Assembly (NCBI GenBank): GCA_963727625.1
Contig: CAVSHR010000008.1
Coordinates: 345,944-409,943 of the forward strand
DNA: 64,000 nucleotides
DNA from: an uncultured delta proteobacterium
GTDB taxonomy: Bacteria > Desulfobacterota > Binatia > UBA9968
Direction of reading: 5' to 3'
Shown here: positions 1-18,137 of the stretch, piece after piece
How the letters are laid out: every line of letters begins with the position of its first letter
How positions within the stretch are numbered: the first letter of the stretch is position 1
The notes under the pieces: model-generated
The model's database searches: none
Told to the model about the DNA's origin: nothing
Seen by the model: only the letters and a program-made list of their open reading frames with translations
Translations under genes and position numbers: made by a program

Positions 1-1
1 C

Positions 2-2353
2 ACCTACGCGCGGGTCAATGATTTCGGTTTTATCGAGACGCCTTACCGTGAAGTGGAAAATGGCCGGGTGACGGATCGCATCCGTTATCTTTCCGCTCTA
101 GAAGAGGAGGACCATGTCATCGCCCAGGCCAACGCGCCGATCGACGGCCGCGGCAACTTCACACTTGATTTAATTTCGGCGCGCAAAGGTGGCGAGTTCG
201 TCATGGCTCGTCCGGAAGAAGTTAATTTCATGGACGTGTCGCCGAACCAGTTGGTGAGCGTGGCCGCCTCGTTGATTCCCTTCTTGGAAAACGATGACGC
301 GAACCGTGCGCTGATGGGCTCGAACATGCAGCGCCAGGCGGTACCTTTGCTCAGAACCGAAGCGCCGTTCGTTGGCACCGGAATGGAAAAAACTGTGGCG
401 CGGGATTCCGGCGTCACCATCGTTGCGCGACGCGACGGCGTGGTGGAAAGCGTGGATTCTGCGCGCATCGTTATCAAGGCCGACAAAACATCCGGTGCGC
501 GCGACACCGGCGTCGATATCTATAATTTGATTAAATATCAACGGTCGAACCAAAATACCTGCATCAATCAGCGCCCGATCGTCGTGGTTGGCGATCAAGT
601 AAAGGCCGGCGAAATCATTGCCGATGGTCCATCCACCGAAATGGGCGAACTTGCTCTGGGGCGCAACGTCGTGGTCGCTCTGATGCCCTGGGGTGGTTAT
701 AATTTCGAAGATTCGATTCTGATCAGCGAGCGGGTCGTGAAGGAGGATATTTATACCTCGATTCACATCGAAGAGTTCGAGTGCGTTTCGCGCGACACCA
801 AGCTCGGCCCCGAGGAGATCACCCGCGATATTCCCAACGTCGGCGACGAAGCGCTAACTGATCTCGATGAGAGCGGCATCATCCGTATCGGCGGCGAAGT
901 CAAGCCCGGCGATATTCTCGTCGGCAAAATTACGCCCAAGGGCGAAACGCAATTGTCGCCGGAAGAGAAACTCCTGCGGGCGATCTTCGGCGAGAAAGCG
1001 GGTGAAGTGCGCGATACTTCGCTGCGGGTTCCGCCCGGCGTCGAGGGCACGGTCATCAACGTGCGGATTTTTTCTCGCAAGGGCTTGGGCAAGGACGATC
1101 GCAGCCGAACGATCGAAGAGGAAGAGATTGTCCGGCTCAGAAAAGATCAGCACGACGAGATCCGCATTTTACAGGATGGCGCGCTCAGGCGTTTAAAGAA
1201 GCTTTTGACGAGCCGCAGGTTGGCGGGCCGGATCACCGACGACAGCCGGAAGGTCTTACTCAATAAGGGCCAAGAGTTGACCGAAGAAGACCTCGATCAG
1301 CTGCCGATGGCTTATTGGAGCGAAATTCGCGTTGATAATGAATCGGTGGAAAACGAGCTCGGCCGCATCATTGAGAGCACGACGAGCCAGGTTAGCCAGA
1401 TTAAGCGTAGTTTCGAAGACAAGATCGAAAAACTCAAAGGCGGCGATGAGCTGCCGCCCGGCGTAATCAAGATGGTCAAAGTTTTTGTCGCGATCAAGCG
1501 CAAGCTGCAGGTCGGCGACAAGATGGCCGGGCGCCATGGCAACAAAGGCGTCATCTCGCGAATTCTTCCGGAAGAAGACATGCCTTATTTAGAGGATGGC
1601 TCACCGGTGGACGTGGTTCTCAATCCCCTTGGCGTGCCCTCGCGAATGAACGTCGGCCAGATTTTAGAAGCGCATCTTGGTTGGGCCGCGCGCAGCCTCG
1701 GTCAGCAAATTGATGAGATGTTGCGCACTCAAGCCGGCGACGGTGACGCTCTGCGGCGCCGCTTGAAAGAATATCTCAGCACTCGCGAAGCTAACGAATT
1801 GATCGATGGAGCCAAGGAGGCTGAAATCGTAAAACTCGCCGAGAAGTACCGCGAAGGCGTTCATATCGCGTCGCCGGTGTTCGACGGCGCCGCGGAAGAG
1901 GAGATTTTCAATCTATTCAAAAAAGCCGGATTGCCAGTCACAGGACAGGTGACTCTCTACGACGGGCAAACCGGTGAACCTTTCGACAGCAAGGTTACCG
2001 TGGGCGTCATGTACATCATGAAGCTGCATCACTTGGTCGATGACAAGATTCACGCACGCTCGACGGGTCCTTATTCGTTGGTTACCCAGCAACCGCTTGG
2101 CGGTAAGGCGCAATTCGGCGGCCAGCGCTTGGGTGAAATGGAAGTTTGGGCCCTGGAAGCCTACGGCGCCGCTTACACGCTCCAGGAAATGCTTACTGTC
2201 AAATCCGACGACGTCGTCGGCAGAACGCGTATGTACGAGGCCATCGTCAAAGGGGACAATTTGCTCGAGCCGGGTTTGCCGGAGTCCTTTAACGTTATGG
2301 TCAAAGAACTTCAGAGCCTGGGCCTGGATGTGGAGCTAGTCGAGGAAAAATAG
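2..2353 (+). CDS. rpoB: RNA polymerase beta subunit, 5'-truncated by the window
   Basis: Motifs [40 protein letters not shown]; frame open from the window start. Confidence 0.99.
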   Translation, partial: TYARVNDFGFIETPYREVENGRVTDRIRYLSALEEEDHVIAQANAPIDGRGNFTLDLISARKGGEFVMARPEEVNFMDVSPNQLVSVAASLIPFLENDDANRALMGSNMQRQAVPLLRTEAPFVGTGMEKTVARDSGVTIVARRDGVVESVDSARIVIKADKTSGARDTGVDIYNLIKYQRSNQNTCINQRPIVVVGDQVKAGEIIADGPSTEMGELALGRNVVVALMPWGGYNFEDSILISERVVKEDIYTSIHIEEFECVSRDTKLGPEEITRDIPNVGDEALTDLDESGIIRIGGEVKPGDILVGKITPKGETQLSPEEKLLRAIFGEKAGEVRDTSLRVPPGVEGTVINVRIFSRKGLGKDDRSRTIEEEEIVRLRKDQHDEIRILQDGALRRLKKLLTSRRLAGRITDDSRKVLLNKGQELTEEDLDQLPMAYWSEIRVDNESVENELGRIIESTTSQVSQIKRSFEDKIEKLKGGDELPPGVIKMVKVFVAIKRKLQVGDKMAGRHGNKGVISRILPEEDMPYLEDGSPVDVVLNPLGVPSRMNVGQILEAHLGWAARSLGQQIDEMLRTQAGDGDALRRRLKEYLSTREANELIDGAKEAEIVKLAEKYREGVHIASPVFDGAAEEEIFNLFKKAGLPVTGQVTLYDGQTGEPFDSKVTVGVMYIMKLHHLVDDKIHARSTGPYSLVTQQPLGGKAQFGGQRLGEMEVWALEAYGAAYTLQEMLTVKSDDVVGRTRMYEAIVKGDNLLEPGLPESFNVMVKELQSLGLDVELVEEK

Positions 2354-2398
2354 CTGGGCCAAGATGGGTTGTGCCGCTCAAACCGGAGGTGGTGCGTT

Positions 2399-6526
<4,128 letters not shown>

Positions 6527-6528
6527 CT

Positions 6529-6557
6529 TTGACAATGTTAATATATTTTGTTAATAA
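6529..6557 (+). promoter_or_regulatory. sigma70-type promoter of the str operon
   Basis: TTGACA (6529-6534), 17-nt spacer, TGn-TAATAA extended -10 upstream of rpsL. Confidence 0.7.
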
Positions 6558-6620
6558 CAGGATTTCCCCGGGAGTTTGAGCTGATAGCTGCTCCCTAAAT
6601 CCAACTGCAAACGAGAATTT

Positions 6621-6992
6621 ATGCCGACGATCAGTCAATTAGTGCGCGAAAGCCGCGAAAAGCAACGACGTAAGAATACCGCACCGGCCCTACAGTCCTG
6701 TCCGCAGAAACGCGGCGTCTGTACGCGTGTTTACACATCGACACCCAAGAAACCAAACTCAGCTTTGCGGAAAGTCGCGCGCGTGCGGTTGACCAATGGG
6801 ATCGAGGTTACTTCATATATCCCGGGGGTAGGGCATAACTTACAAGAACACTCCGTGGTCTTGATTCGCGGGGGGCGTGTCAAGGACCTGCCTGGGGTAC
6901 GCTATCACATCGTTCGTGGAACACTGGATTCAATCGGTGTTCAAGAAAGGCGTCAGGGCCGTTCCAAGTACGGCGCCAAAAGACCGAAGTAG
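6621..6992 (+). CDS. rpsL: 30S ribosomal protein S12
   Basis: [20 protein letters not shown]. Confidence 0.99.
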   Translation: MPTISQLVRESREKQRRKNTAPALQSCPQKRGVCTRVYTSTPKKPNSALRKVARVRLTNGIEVTSYIPGVGHNLQEHSVVLIRGGRVKDLPGVRYHIVRGTLDSIGVQERRQGRSKYGAKRPK

Positions 6993-6998
6993 GGATTT

Positions 6999-7469
6999 AT
7001 GCCACGCAAAGGTGAAGTAAGGAAGCGCGAAATTTTACCGGATCCCAAGTACGGAGATAAGGTGGTGGCCCGGTTCGTCAATACGATCATGGGCCGCGGC
7101 AAGAAAAGCGTTGCGGAATCCATTTTCTATCGCTCACTGGACATCGTCGCGGCGAAGACTAAGGAGGAATCTCTCGGCGTATTCAAGCGCGCCATCGAAA
7201 ATTCCCGGCCTACCGTCGAGGTCCGGTCCCGTCGCGTCGGCGGCGCGACCTACCAGGTGCCGGTGGAAGTGCGGCCGCAGCGACGGCTATCGCTGAGCAT
7301 GCGTTGGCTTATCGACGCGGCGCGCGCCCGAGCCGAGAAGTCGATGGAAGAGAAATTGGCAGCAGAATTGATCGACGCCGCCAATAATCGCGGCACGGCG
7401 ATTAAAAAGAAGGAAGATACGCATCGGATGGCGGAGGCCAATCGGGCCTTCGCGCATTACCGTTGGTAG
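6999..7469 (+). CDS. rpsG: 30S ribosomal protein S7
   Basis: [24 protein letters not shown]. Confidence 0.99.
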   Translation: MPRKGEVRKREILPDPKYGDKVVARFVNTIMGRGKKSVAESIFYRSLDIVAAKTKEESLGVFKRAIENSRPTVEVRSRRVGGATYQVPVEVRPQRRLSLSMRWLIDAARARAEKSMEEKLAAELIDAANNRGTAIKKKEDTHRMAEANRAFAHYRW

Positions 7470-7495
7470 CCTAACGACGAAAATTATGTCGAGTG

Positions 7496-7525
7496 AAGGA
7501 GGCGGTTGACCCGCCTCCTTTTTTT
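7496..7525 (+). terminator. intrinsic terminator-like hairpin between rpsG and fusA
   Basis: AAGGAGGCGG-ttgac-CCGCCTCCTT followed by a T run. Confidence 0.65.
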
Positions 7526-7539
7526 CCACGTAAAGAGAA

Positions 7540-9632
<2,093 letters not shown>

Positions 9633-9636
<4 letters not shown>

Positions 9637-9941
9637 ACGAGAAAATTAGGATTCGGCTGAAAGCCTATGACCATCGCGTGCTGGATCAGTCGGTGGGTGA
9701 GATTGTCGAGACCGTCAGACGCACGGGAGGCCGAGTGGCAGGTCCCATTCCGCTGCCTACTCGGATCGAGCGATTTACCGTGAACCGCTCGCCCCACGTC
9801 GATAAGAAATCCCGGGATCAGTACGAGATTCGTACTCACAAACGGCTTCTCGATATTCTTGAACCGACGCAACAGACCATCGACGCGCTGGGCAAGCTCG
9901 ATATCGCGGCCGGCGTCGATGTCGAAATCAAATTGCAGTAA
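9633..9941 (+). CDS. rpsJ: 30S ribosomal protein S10
   Basis: [21 protein letters not shown]; ATGA overlap with fusA. Confidence 0.99.
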
Positions 9942-9988
9942 CCGATGAACAAACGGGGCCGTCAAGGCGCGCCAGCTGGAATGCGAAT

Positions 9989-10621
9989 ATGACAGGATTG
10001 ATTGGAAGAAAAGTCGGCATGACGCAATTCTACAATGCCGAGGGCAACGTAATACCCGTTACGGTGGTTGAGACGGGTCCCTGCGTCGTGGTGCAAAAAA
10101 AACAGAGCGATACAGACGGCTATAGCGCGCTCCAGGTCGGCTTTGGCAGCAAAAAAGCGCAACGCGTGAATAAGCCTGGCCAGGGGCATATGGCAAAGGC
10201 GGGCAAGGGCGCCTTCGAGGTGTTGAAGGAGTTTCGTGTCGACGATGTGTCGCCCTATGAAGTCGGCCAGGAGATCAAGGCCGGTGACCTGTTTAAAGTA
10301 GGCGACCGTATCGACGTATCGGGCATCTCGAAGGGGCACGGATTCGCCGGTGTGATCAAACGCTGGTCATTCGCGGGTTTTCCGGGTTCTCACGGTACCC
10401 ATGAGTATTTTCGTCACGGCGGTTCGATCGGTAACCGATCTTATCCGGGACGGGTGCGCAAGGGAAAAAAGATGGCTGGCCATTGGGGTAATGAAAATGT
10501 ATCCACCCAGAATTTGGAAGTGGTCGAGGTTCGCGCCGAGCAAAACCTGTTGTTGGTGCGCGGCGCGGTACCGGGCGCGAAGCGCGGTTTGGTGATCTTG
10601 CGGTCGGCGGTGAAAAGGTAA
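9989..10621 (+). CDS. rplC: 50S ribosomal protein L3
   Basis: GRKVGMTQ, KGHGFAGVIKR. Confidence 0.98.
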   Translation: MTGLIGRKVGMTQFYNAEGNVIPVTVVETGPCVVVQKKQSDTDGYSALQVGFGSKKAQRVNKPGQGHMAKAGKGAFEVLKEFRVDDVSPYEVGQEIKAGDLFKVGDRIDVSGISKGHGFAGVIKRWSFAGFPGSHGTHEYFRHGGSIGNRSYPGRVRKGKKMAGHWGNENVSTQNLEVVEVRAEQNLLLVRGAVPGAKRGLVILRSAVKR

Positions 10622-10626
10622 GCACC

Positions 10627-11223
10627 ATGGAAGTTCATGTTATTCAGCCAAAACTCAACGAAGTAATCTTCGGCGCCAAGACCCGCTCCCATCTGCTTCA
10701 TCAAGCGGTGGTCATGCAGCTCGCCAACCGGCGCGCCGGCAGCGCCGCCACTAAATCCAAGGGATTTGTCAGAGGCGGCGGCAAGAAACCGTGGCGGCAA
10801 AAAGGCACGGGGAGGGCGCGTGCGGGCAGCAGTCGCTCGCCGATCTGGGTCGGCGGCGGCACGACTTTCGGGCCGCAGCCACGCGATTATTCTTACCGCA
10901 TGCCGCGGACGGCCCGACGCGAGGCGCTGCTCTCGGCGCTCAGTCTTAAAAATCGCGAGGGCAAGTTGATTGTCGTGGATAAATTGGAACTTGACGAGGC
11001 TAAAACGAAGCGGATGGTGCAGGCTTTGGAGAAATTAAAAGTTGAGAGCGCGGTCATCGTCATTGCTCAGCCGGATGCGAAGATCGCGCGTTCGGCGCGC
11101 AATTTGCCCAAGGTCAAGGTGCTGCGCGTCGAGGGCTTGAATGTGTACGATCTTTTGCGCTATGAGCACTTGATTCTCACCGAAGCGGCGCTGCAGCGAT
11201 TGGAAGAAAGGTTGGCGGCATGA
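10627..11223 (+). CDS. rplD: 50S ribosomal protein L4
   Basis: KPWRQKGTGRARAG; short N-terminus. Confidence 0.98.
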   Translation: MEVHVIQPKLNEVIFGAKTRSHLLHQAVVMQLANRRAGSAATKSKGFVRGGGKKPWRQKGTGRARAGSSRSPIWVGGGTTFGPQPRDYSYRMPRTARREALLSALSLKNREGKLIVVDKLELDEAKTKRMVQALEKLKVESAVIVIAQPDAKIARSARNLPKVKVLRVEGLNVYDLLRYEHLILTEAALQRLEERLAA

Positions 11224-11510
11224 AAAGCTACCATGAGGTGATTAAGGCCCCGTTAATCTCGGAAAAGGGCACGCTCCTCACCGAGACAGCCAATCAAGTG
11301 TTGTTTAAGGTTCGCACTGGTGCCAACAAGATCGAAGTGAAAAACGCAGTCGAGGCGCTTTTCAAGGTGAAGGTAGAACAGGTGCGCATGGCGCGCTATC
11401 TCGGCAAGATGCGCCGTATCGGCAAAAGCATGGGGCGGCGTTCGGATTGGAAAAAGGCGTACGTCACGCTCAAAGAAGGCGACAAGATCGATTTCTTCGG
11501 CGGCGCATAA
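11220..11510 (+). CDS. rplW: 50S ribosomal protein L23
   Basis: PLISEK, WKKAYVTL. Confidence 0.98.
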   Translation: MKSYHEVIKAPLISEKGTLLTETANQVLFKVRTGANKIEVKNAVEALFKVKVEQVRMARYLGKMRRIGKSMGRRSDWKKAYVTLKEGDKIDFFGGA

Positions 11511-11534
11511 AGAGAGACAAGGCGAGAATCGTAA

Positions 11535-12362
11535 ATGGCAATCAAGACCTATCGGCCGACCTCGGCGGGAATGCGCTTTCGCACCGGGCTCGGTTTTGAC
11601 GAACTGACCAAGACGCGTCCAGAAAAGGGGCTGCGCGAGCGGCTCAATCAGAGCGGCGGCCGCAACAACACCGGCAGGGTTACTGCGGACCATCGCGGCG
11701 GTGGTCATAAGCGGCTTTACCGTTTGATCGATTTCAAGCGTAACAAGCGCAATGTGCCGGCGAAAGTGGAAGCGATCGAATATGATCCAAACCGTACGGC
11801 ACGCATCGCGCTGCTTTGCTATGCCGATGGGGAGCGCCGTTATATTCTCGCGCCCGAGCGCTTGCAGGTCGGCGCGACAGTGATCTCGGGCGACGATAAC
11901 GTCGATATTCAGCCGGGTAATTCTATGCCGCTCAAATGGATTCCCGTGGGTACCGTGGTTCATAATATCGAGCTTAAGATCGGCAAAGGCGGGCAACTGG
12001 TGCGGAGCGCCGGCTTAGGCGCCCAATTGATGGCGAAGGAAGGCACCTATGCGTTGCTGAAGCTCCCATCCGGCGAATTGCGTTACGTGCTGTCCGAGTG
12101 TCGTGCGACGGTGGGTCAAGTCGGAAACGCTGACCAGGAGAACGTATCATGGGGCAAGGCCGGTAGGATGCGCTGGTTGGGTTTTCGGCCGACGACTCGC
12201 GGCATCGCCAAGAATCCGGTAGACCATCCCCATGGCGGCGGCGAAGGACGCTCGAAAGGCAATCACCCGATGACTCCATGGGGCAAACCGACCAAGGGCT
12301 ACAAGACCAGAAAAAACCATTCGTCCGACAAATATATCGTGCAGCGGAGAAAAGGTAGATAG
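11535..12362 (+). CDS. rplB: 50S ribosomal protein L2
   Basis: [19 protein letters not shown]. Confidence 0.99.
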   Translation: MAIKTYRPTSAGMRFRTGLGFDELTKTRPEKGLRERLNQSGGRNNTGRVTADHRGGGHKRLYRLIDFKRNKRNVPAKVEAIEYDPNRTARIALLCYADGERRYILAPERLQVGATVISGDDNVDIQPGNSMPLKWIPVGTVVHNIELKIGKGGQLVRSAGLGAQLMAKEGTYALLKLPSGELRYVLSECRATVGQVGNADQENVSWGKAGRMRWLGFRPTTRGIAKNPVDHPHGGGEGRSKGNHPMTPWGKPTKGYKTRKNHSSDKYIVQRRKGR

Positions 12363-12364
12363 CG

Positions 12365-12694
12365 ATGGCACGTTCAGTTAAAAAAGGACCTTTTGTCGAC
12401 CAGCATTTATTGAAAAAAGTCGCAGCGATGAGTGATTCGCGCCAGAGGCAGGTGATTCGCACCTGGTCGCGGCGCTCGACGGTCACTCCCGAAATGGTCG
12501 GCCATACCATCGGCGTTCATAACGGCAGAAAATTTATCCCGGTTTTCGTAAGTGAGAATATGGTCGGTCACAAGCTTGGCGAGTTCTCGCCGACACGGAC
12601 ATTTTACGCTCATTCCGGCGACCGCAAGGCAGAGGCGAAGGAAACGACGGGCGCCGCAGCGGCGCCGCGACCGGCACCGGGAGCAAAGGCATAG
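12365..12694 (+). CDS. rpsS: 30S ribosomal protein S19
   Basis: [21 protein letters not shown]. Confidence 0.99.
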   Translation: MARSVKKGPFVDQHLLKKVAAMSDSRQRQVIRTWSRRSTVTPEMVGHTIGVHNGRKFIPVFVSENMVGHKLGEFSPTRTFYAHSGDRKAEAKETTGAAAAPRPAPGAKA

Positions 12695-12768
12695 GCGGCA
12701 TCAGGCTAGCTCTAAAGCGATGCTTTGAGGGCGTCCAAAAAAGAGCTTGGATTCAGTTGGCGAGACTT

Positions 12769-13113
12769 ATGGAAGCAAGCGCAATCACGAAATTTGTCAG
12801 AGTGTCGCCGCGAAAGGTTCGGCTGGTGGTCGATCAAATTCGCGGTAAGGGTGTCGAGGACGCTTTGAACATCCTCAAGTTCATTCCCAAACGCTCGGCT
12901 GGAATCGTCGCTAAGACGGTGCGCACGGCGGTGGCGAACGCGGAGAACACCCAGAGCGTCGACGTCGATCGGCTGTTCATCAAGCGGGCGAAGGTGGACG
13001 AAGCCGGCATGTGGAAGCGCTTTACGTCACGTGCCCAAGGACGGGCCACGCGAGTACGCAAACGGCTCAGCCATGTTACGATTGTCCTCGATGAAGCGCA
13101 GGAGAGGAGTTAG
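12769..13113 (+). CDS. rplV: 50S ribosomal protein L22
   Basis: SPRKVRLVVDQIRG, AVANAE. Confidence 0.98.
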   Translation: MEASAITKFVRVSPRKVRLVVDQIRGKGVEDALNILKFIPKRSAGIVAKTVRTAVANAENTQSVDVDRLFIKRAKVDEAGMWKRFTSRAQGRATRVRKRLSHVTIVLDEAQERS

Positions 13114-13119
13114 TGCCTG

Positions 13120-13782
13120 ATGGGTCAGAAAACGCATCCGAAATTATTTCGTCTTGGCGTGATCGAGTCGTGGGACTCCAAGTGGTTCGCGCGTCACGAC
13201 TACTCCAAGCTGCTCCACGAAGACTTTCGAGTGAAAAAGTTTTTGAAGAGCCGGCTTTATCATGCGGGAATCTCGCGCATTGAGATCGAACGGGCGGCCA
13301 ACAAAGCGAAGATCAATATTCACACGGCGCGTCCGGGAATCGTGATCGGTAAAAAGGGCGCGGAGATCGAAAAACTCAAAGAGGAAATTACCAAACTGAC
13401 TCATCGTGAAACGTACATCAATATTCATGAGGTCCGAAGACCAGATCTCGACGGTCAGCTCGTTGCGGAAAACGTCGCCTTGCAGCTGGAGCGTCGCGTC
13501 GCTTTTCGCCGGGCTATGAAGGAAAGCGTCTCGCGCGCTATGCGCATGGGCGCGCAGGGAGTAAGAATCCAATCGGCCGGTCGGTTGGGCGGTTCTGAAA
13601 TCGCGCGCACGGAGTGGTACCGTGAAGGACGCGTGCCGCTGCACACACTCCGCGCCGACATTAGTTATGGTTTCGCCGAAGCGCGCACCACTTACGGCGT
13701 GATCGGTGTCAAAGTCTGGATCTTTCGCGGCGAAGTTTTGACCGAGGAAGAAGAGCAGCAAAAGGCCATGTTGGGCGGATGA
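13120..13782 (+). CDS. rpsC: 30S ribosomal protein S3
   Basis: [19 protein letters not shown]. Confidence 0.99.
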   Translation: MGQKTHPKLFRLGVIESWDSKWFARHDYSKLLHEDFRVKKFLKSRLYHAGISRIEIERAANKAKINIHTARPGIVIGKKGAEIEKLKEEITKLTHRETYINIHEVRRPDLDGQLVAENVALQLERRVAFRRAMKESVSRAMRMGAQGVRIQSAGRLGGSEIARTEWYREGRVPLHTLRADISYGFAEARTTYGVIGVKVWIFRGEVLTEEEEQQKAMLGG

Positions 13783-13834
13783 CGAAAGCGATTTTAGGCG
13801 CGGTGTTTTAATAAACAGATTAAAGTAAGCAAAA

Positions 13835-14260
13835 ATGCTCGAACCAAAAAAAGTCAAATATCGAAAAATCCAAAAGGGGCGCCGCCGCGGCACGGCTCAT
13901 CGCGGCTCGACCCTCGCTTTCGGTGACTACGGTCTCAAAGCGCTGCGTCGCGGATGGATGAGTGCGCGCGAAATCGAAGCCGCGCGCGTTGCATTGACCC
14001 GTTACCTCAAGCGCGGCGGCAAGGTTTGGATTCGCATCTTTCCTGACAAACCATTGACCAAGAAGCCGCTTGAAACCCGCATGGGCAAGGGTAAAGGCGC
14101 GCTGGAAATGTGGGTCGCGGTGATCCAGCCCGGACGGATTTTGTTCGAAATGGAGGGGGTGGAGGGCCCGCTCGCCAAGGAAGCCTTTCGATTGGCGTCG
14201 CACAAGCTGTCGATCCCGACCATCATGGTCGAACGCCGGGGGATGGCTCATGGACGCTAA
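13835..14260 (+). CDS. rplP: 50S ribosomal protein L16
   Basis: [16 protein letters not shown]. Confidence 0.99.
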   Translation: MLEPKKVKYRKIQKGRRRGTAHRGSTLAFGDYGLKALRRGWMSAREIEAARVALTRYLKRGGKVWIRIFPDKPLTKKPLETRMGKGKGALEMWVAVIQPGRILFEMEGVEGPLAKEAFRLASHKLSIPTIMVERRGMAHGR

Positions 14261-14453
14261 GGAACTGCGCGAAATCAGCGCCCAAGACCTGGTTCAGAAG
14301 CTGACGTCCTTGCGCGAGGACATCGGCCACTTAAAACTTCGGCGCGCCACCGGCCGATTGGAAAACCCGATGAAGCTTCGAGAGGTCAAGAAGGACTTGG
14401 CTCGGGTCGAGACAATTCTGCGGGAGCGAGCGCTTAAAGGTCAGAAAGGCTGA
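14250..14453 (+). CDS. rpmC: 50S ribosomal protein L29
   Basis: Position and [19 protein letters not shown]. Confidence 0.96.
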   Translation: MDAKELREISAQDLVQKLTSLREDIGHLKLRRATGRLENPMKLREVKKDLARVETILRERALKGQKG

Positions 14454-14455
14454 GT

Positions 14456-14746
14456 ATGAACACCCGAGGATTAACCAAGGAACGGGCCGGGCTGGTGGTC
14501 AGCGATCGTATGCAAAAAACCGTGGTGGTGAGCGTAGAGCGCACGGTTATGCATCCAAGATATAAAAAGATTCTACGGCGGCGTACCAAAGTCAAGGCCC
14601 ACGACGAGAGAAACGAATGTCATGTGGGCGATCGGGTGTTGATCGTCGAGTGCCGACCGCTCAGCCGGGACAAGCGCTGGCGCGTCAGCAAGGTTCTTGA
14701 ACGGGCTCAAACGACCTCGGACGAAAAGCAAAATGCCAGCGCTTAG
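14456..14746 (+). CDS. rpsQ: 30S ribosomal protein S17
   Basis: [23 protein letters not shown]. Confidence 0.98.
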   Translation: MNTRGLTKERAGLVVSDRMQKTVVVSVERTVMHPRYKKILRRRTKVKAHDERNECHVGDRVLIVECRPLSRDKRWRVSKVLERAQTTSDEKQNASA

Positions 14747-14779
14747 GAGTCAATTAGGAAGTGCGCTTAAGGTGGACTG

Positions 14780-15148
14780 ATGATTCAGACGCGAACAACG
14801 TTAGATGTGGCGGATAATTCCGGCGCGCGCCGAGTCCAGTGCATCAAGGTACTCGGCGGCAGCAAACGCAAATATGCCTCCATTGGCGATATTATCGTAG
14901 TTTCGGTGAAGGAAGCGATCCCCAACGCCAAAGTGAAAAAGGGCGACGTGATGAAAGCCGTCGTTGTGCGCACAGCTAAGGAGATTGGTCGCCCGGACGG
15001 CAGTTATATTCGCTTCGACAACAACTCCGCAGTATTGATCGACAACCAGAAAGAGCCGGTCGGGACGCGTATTTTCGGTCCGGTGGCGCGCGAGCTGAGA
15101 GCGAAAAAATTCATGAAAATCATCTCGCTCGCGCCCGAAGTGCTTTAG
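14780..15148 (+). CDS. rplN: 50S ribosomal protein L14
   Basis: [19 protein letters not shown]. Confidence 0.99.
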   Translation: MIQTRTTLDVADNSGARRVQCIKVLGGSKRKYASIGDIIVVSVKEAIPNAKVKKGDVMKAVVVRTAKEIGRPDGSYIRFDNNSAVLIDNQKEPVGTRIFGPVARELRAKKFMKIISLAPEVL

Positions 15149-15165
15149 TCAAGGATCGGGAGAAG

Positions 15166-15483
15166 GTGCTCGTGCAGATTCGCAAAAATGACAGCGTGAT
15201 GGTGATCGCGGGTAAAGAGCGGGGCAAAACCGGCAAGGTTCTGCGCGTGTTGACGGATAGAGGCGCGGTCATCGTCGAGCGACTCAATATCGTCAAGCGC
15301 CATACCAAGCCGCGCGGCCCGCAACAATCGGGCGGTATCGTTGAAAAGGAAGCGGCCATTCACGCTTCCAACATCATGATCATGTGCGATAAATGCAACG
15401 CTCCCGTGCGAATCGGCCGGAAAATTCTCGCCGATGGCAAGAAGATTCGTATTTGCCGGCGCTGTCAGGAAGCATTGGAGTAG
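15166..15483 (+). CDS. rplX: 50S ribosomal protein L24
   Basis: KOW motif [21 protein letters not shown]. Confidence 0.97.
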   Translation: MLVQIRKNDSVMVIAGKERGKTGKVLRVLTDRGAVIVERLNIVKRHTKPRGPQQSGGIVEKEAAIHASNIMIMCDKCNAPVRIGRKILADGKKIRICRRCQEALE

Positions 15484-15493
15484 TGGGATCAGC

Positions 15494-16033
15494 ATGGCAC
15501 GCTTGAAAACCAAATATCAGGACGACGTGGTTCCGAACATGATGAAAGAGTTCGCTTATAAGAACTCCATGCAAGTGCCCCGGCTCGAAAAGATCACGGT
15601 GAACGTGGGTCTCGGCGAGGCGACGCAGAATGCAAAGGCCGTGGACGCCGCAGTGGTGGAGATTACCGCGATCACCGGGCAGAAGCCGGTGGTGACCCGG
15701 TCGAAAAAGGCCATCGCCAATTTCAAGCTGCGCGAAGGCGTGCCGATCGGCTGCATGGTAACGCTACGGAGCGAGCGCATGTATGAGTTTTTAGACCGAC
15801 TAATCCATGTCGCGCTGCCGCGGGTGCGCGATTTCAAGGGCATTTCCAACCGCTCGTTCGACGGTAGGGGAAATTACTCCTTGGGCTTGCGCGAGCAAAT
15901 CATATTTCCCGAGATTCACGCGGATAAAGTTGAAAAGACCCGAGGGATGACGATCACGATTACGACCACGGCAAAAACCGATCAAGAAGGCCTAGCGCTG
16001 CTTCGATTGATGGGCATGCCGTTTTCGAGTTAG
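15494..16033 (+). CDS. rplE: 50S ribosomal protein L5
   Basis: [27 protein letters not shown]. Confidence 0.99.
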   Translation: MARLKTKYQDDVVPNMMKEFAYKNSMQVPRLEKITVNVGLGEATQNAKAVDAAVVEITAITGQKPVVTRSKKAIANFKLREGVPIGCMVTLRSERMYEFLDRLIHVALPRVRDFKGISNRSFDGRGNYSLGLREQIIFPEIHADKVEKTRGMTITITTTAKTDQEGLALLRLMGMPFSS

Positions 16034-16052
16034 CTCACGAGGGAGAAGTCCA

Positions 16053-16238
16053 TTGGCGAAAAAGTGTCTTCGAATCAAGGCGGAACTGCCGAACAAGTTC
16101 AAGGTGCGCGAGTATAATCGTTGCCCGCTGTGCGGCCGGGCGCGGGCTTTTTTCCGGCGTTTTCGCATGTGTCGGCTTTGCCTACGCGATCATGCGCGCA
16201 AGGGGCATATCCCCGGACTCATTAAGGCCAGCTGGTAA
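16053..16238 (+). CDS. rpsN: 30S ribosomal protein S14, Zn-binding type
   Basis: 61 aa, CPLC...CRLC, KASW; TTG start. Confidence 0.97.
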   Translation: MAKKCLRIKAELPNKFKVREYNRCPLCGRARAFFRRFRMCRLCLRDHARKGHIPGLIKASW

Positions 16239-16253
16239 GCTCCGGAGAAAAAT

Positions 16254-16658
16254 ATGGGAATGACAGATCCAATCGCCGACTTGTTAACTAGAATTCGCAA
16301 CGCCTCGCGGGCGCGTCACCAAAAGGTCGGGGTGCCGTGGTCGCGCCTGAAAGAGAATATCGTCAAGGTTCTAATCGAAGAAGGCTATTTGAAGGACCAG
16401 AAGAAGGTTAAGGCCGCGGTCGGAGGCGGCCAGGAAATCATCATTCAACTAAAGTTCGACCGTGAGAATAGGCCGATCATCATCGGCATGAAACGAGTCA
16501 GCAAGCCCGGGCGCCGGGTTTATGTCGGGGCGACAAATTTGACTCCGATTCGCAAGGGCTTGGGCATTCATATCCTGTCGACCTCCAGGGGAATCATGGT
16601 GGACCGTTCGGCGCAGCGCGCCAAGGTTGGCGGCGAAATCATTTGCACCGTGTGGTAA
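16254..16658 (+). CDS. rpsH: 30S ribosomal protein S8
   Basis: DPIADLLTRIRNA, SKPGRRVY. Confidence 0.99.
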   Translation: MGMTDPIADLLTRIRNASRARHQKVGVPWSRLKENIVKVLIEEGYLKDQKKVKAAVGGGQEIIIQLKFDRENRPIIIGMKRVSKPGRRVYVGATNLTPIRKGLGIHILSTSRGIMVDRSAQRAKVGGEIICTVW

Positions 16659-16675
16659 GTTGATCGAGGTGTAAC

Positions 16676-17227
16676 GTGTCACGCATTGGAAAATTGCCGG
16701 TAACAATCCCCGCGGGCGTTAAAGTTGCTGTCGACGCCAACTCCGTCTGTTTGGAGGGGCCGAAGGGTAAACTCCAAACTGCTGTTCCCGCCGGGGTTAC
16801 GATTAAGATTGAAGGAAATCTGTTGCGCGTCGAGCGCCAGGCCGAGGATCGCAAGATTCGCGCTCTACATGGTCTGACCCGAAAGCTCATCGCCAACATG
16901 ACGCAGGGGGTCAGCCAAGGTTTTACCCGCGTACTGGATATCAATGGCGTCGGCTATCGCGCCGAAGTGAAAGGTCAGGAACTCCACATCAGCTTGGGTT
17001 TTTCCCATCCGGTGGTCTTTAATCTGCCGCCGGCGGTGTCGGCTTCGGTGGAGCGCCAGGTTATCGTTACCTTAGGCAGTGCCGATCGCCAAGTGCTTGG
17101 CGAGACCGCGGCGAAGATTCGCAGTCTCCGGCCGCCCGAGCCCTACAAGGGCAAAGGCATCAAGTATCGTGAGGAAGTGATTCGGCGCAAGGCCGGTAAA
17201 GCGGTGGGGTCCGCTGGTGGAAAATAG
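16676..17227 (+). CDS. rplF: 50S ribosomal protein L6
   Basis: SRIGK, PEPYKGKGI. Confidence 0.99.
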   Translation: MSRIGKLPVTIPAGVKVAVDANSVCLEGPKGKLQTAVPAGVTIKIEGNLLRVERQAEDRKIRALHGLTRKLIANMTQGVSQGFTRVLDINGVGYRAEVKGQELHISLGFSHPVVFNLPPAVSASVERQVIVTLGSADRQVLGETAAKIRSLRPPEPYKGKGIKYREEVIRRKAGKAVGSAGGK

Positions 17228-17244
17228 AGTGTTGAGGATTGCAG

Positions 17245-17610
17245 ATGGTGAATAAACGGCAAGATGGCGCTAGGTTGCGCCGTAAAGCACGAGTGCGTAA
17301 GAAGGTCATCGGAACGGACGGACGCCCACGGGTCTGTGTCTTTCGCAGCAACAAGCATATCTACGTCCAAGTGATTTCCGACGACCAGCGTAAAACCTTG
17401 GCCGCGGTGTCGACGCTCACGGGCGAATTGGCCGATACGAACAATAAAAGCAAGGGCGTCGAAGCGGCAAAGATGGTCGGCCTCGCTGTGGCTAAGGCGT
17501 GCAAGGAAAAAAATATTACCAATGTGGTTTTTGACCGCAACGGTTTTCTCTATCACGGTCGAATAAAGGCCGTGGCCGACGGAGCGCGCGAAGGCGGCTT
17601 GGTATTTTAA
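17245..17610 (+). CDS. rplR: 50S ribosomal protein L18
   Basis: [21 protein letters not shown]. Confidence 0.98.
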   Translation: MVNKRQDGARLRRKARVRKKVIGTDGRPRVCVFRSNKHIYVQVISDDQRKTLAAVSTLTGELADTNNKSKGVEAAKMVGLAVAKACKEKNITNVVFDRNGFLYHGRIKAVADGAREGGLVF

Positions 17611-17637
17611 CCGCAAACTTTGAAACGAGGGGTACCT

Positions 17638-18135
17638 TTGGAACGGATTGATCCACAGGGATTAGAGCTCAAAGAAAAAGTAGTCAACATTAACCGAGTG
17701 GCCAAGGTCGTCAAGGGTGGCCGGCGGTTCAGCTTCAGCGCTCTGGTGGTGGTCGGCGATAACCGCTCGGTGGTCGGCTACGGCATGGGCAAGGCGAACG
17801 AAGTGCCTGAGGCGATCCGCAAGGGCTTGGATCAGGCGAAGAAGAGCTTGATTCGCGTACCGGTGACGGACGGCACCATCCCGTTCGAAGTGACCGGCCG
17901 CTACGGCGCGGGCTACGTGATCCTCAAACCGGCCTCGGAGGGCACCGGCGTGATCGCCGGGGGGGGGGTTCGCGCGGTAGTCGAAGCCTCGGGAATACAG
18001 AATGTCTTGACCAAGTGTCTCGGTTCAAACAATCCACATAACATGGTCAAGGCGACGATCGAGGCTTTGCGCGAATTGCGCGCACCGGAAGAAATCGCCA
18101 GCCGGCGCGGCAAGGAATTGGCGGAGATTCGTTGA
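17638..18135 (+). CDS. rpsE: 30S ribosomal protein S5
   Basis: [20 protein letters not shown]; TTG start after GAGGGG. Confidence 0.98.
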   Translation: MERIDPQGLELKEKVVNINRVAKVVKGGRRFSFSALVVVGDNRSVVGYGMGKANEVPEAIRKGLDQAKKSLIRVPVTDGTIPFEVTGRYGAGYVILKPASEGTGVIAGGGVRAVVEASGIQNVLTKCLGSNNPHNMVKATIEALRELRAPEEIASRRGKELAEIR

Positions 18136-18137
18136 TT

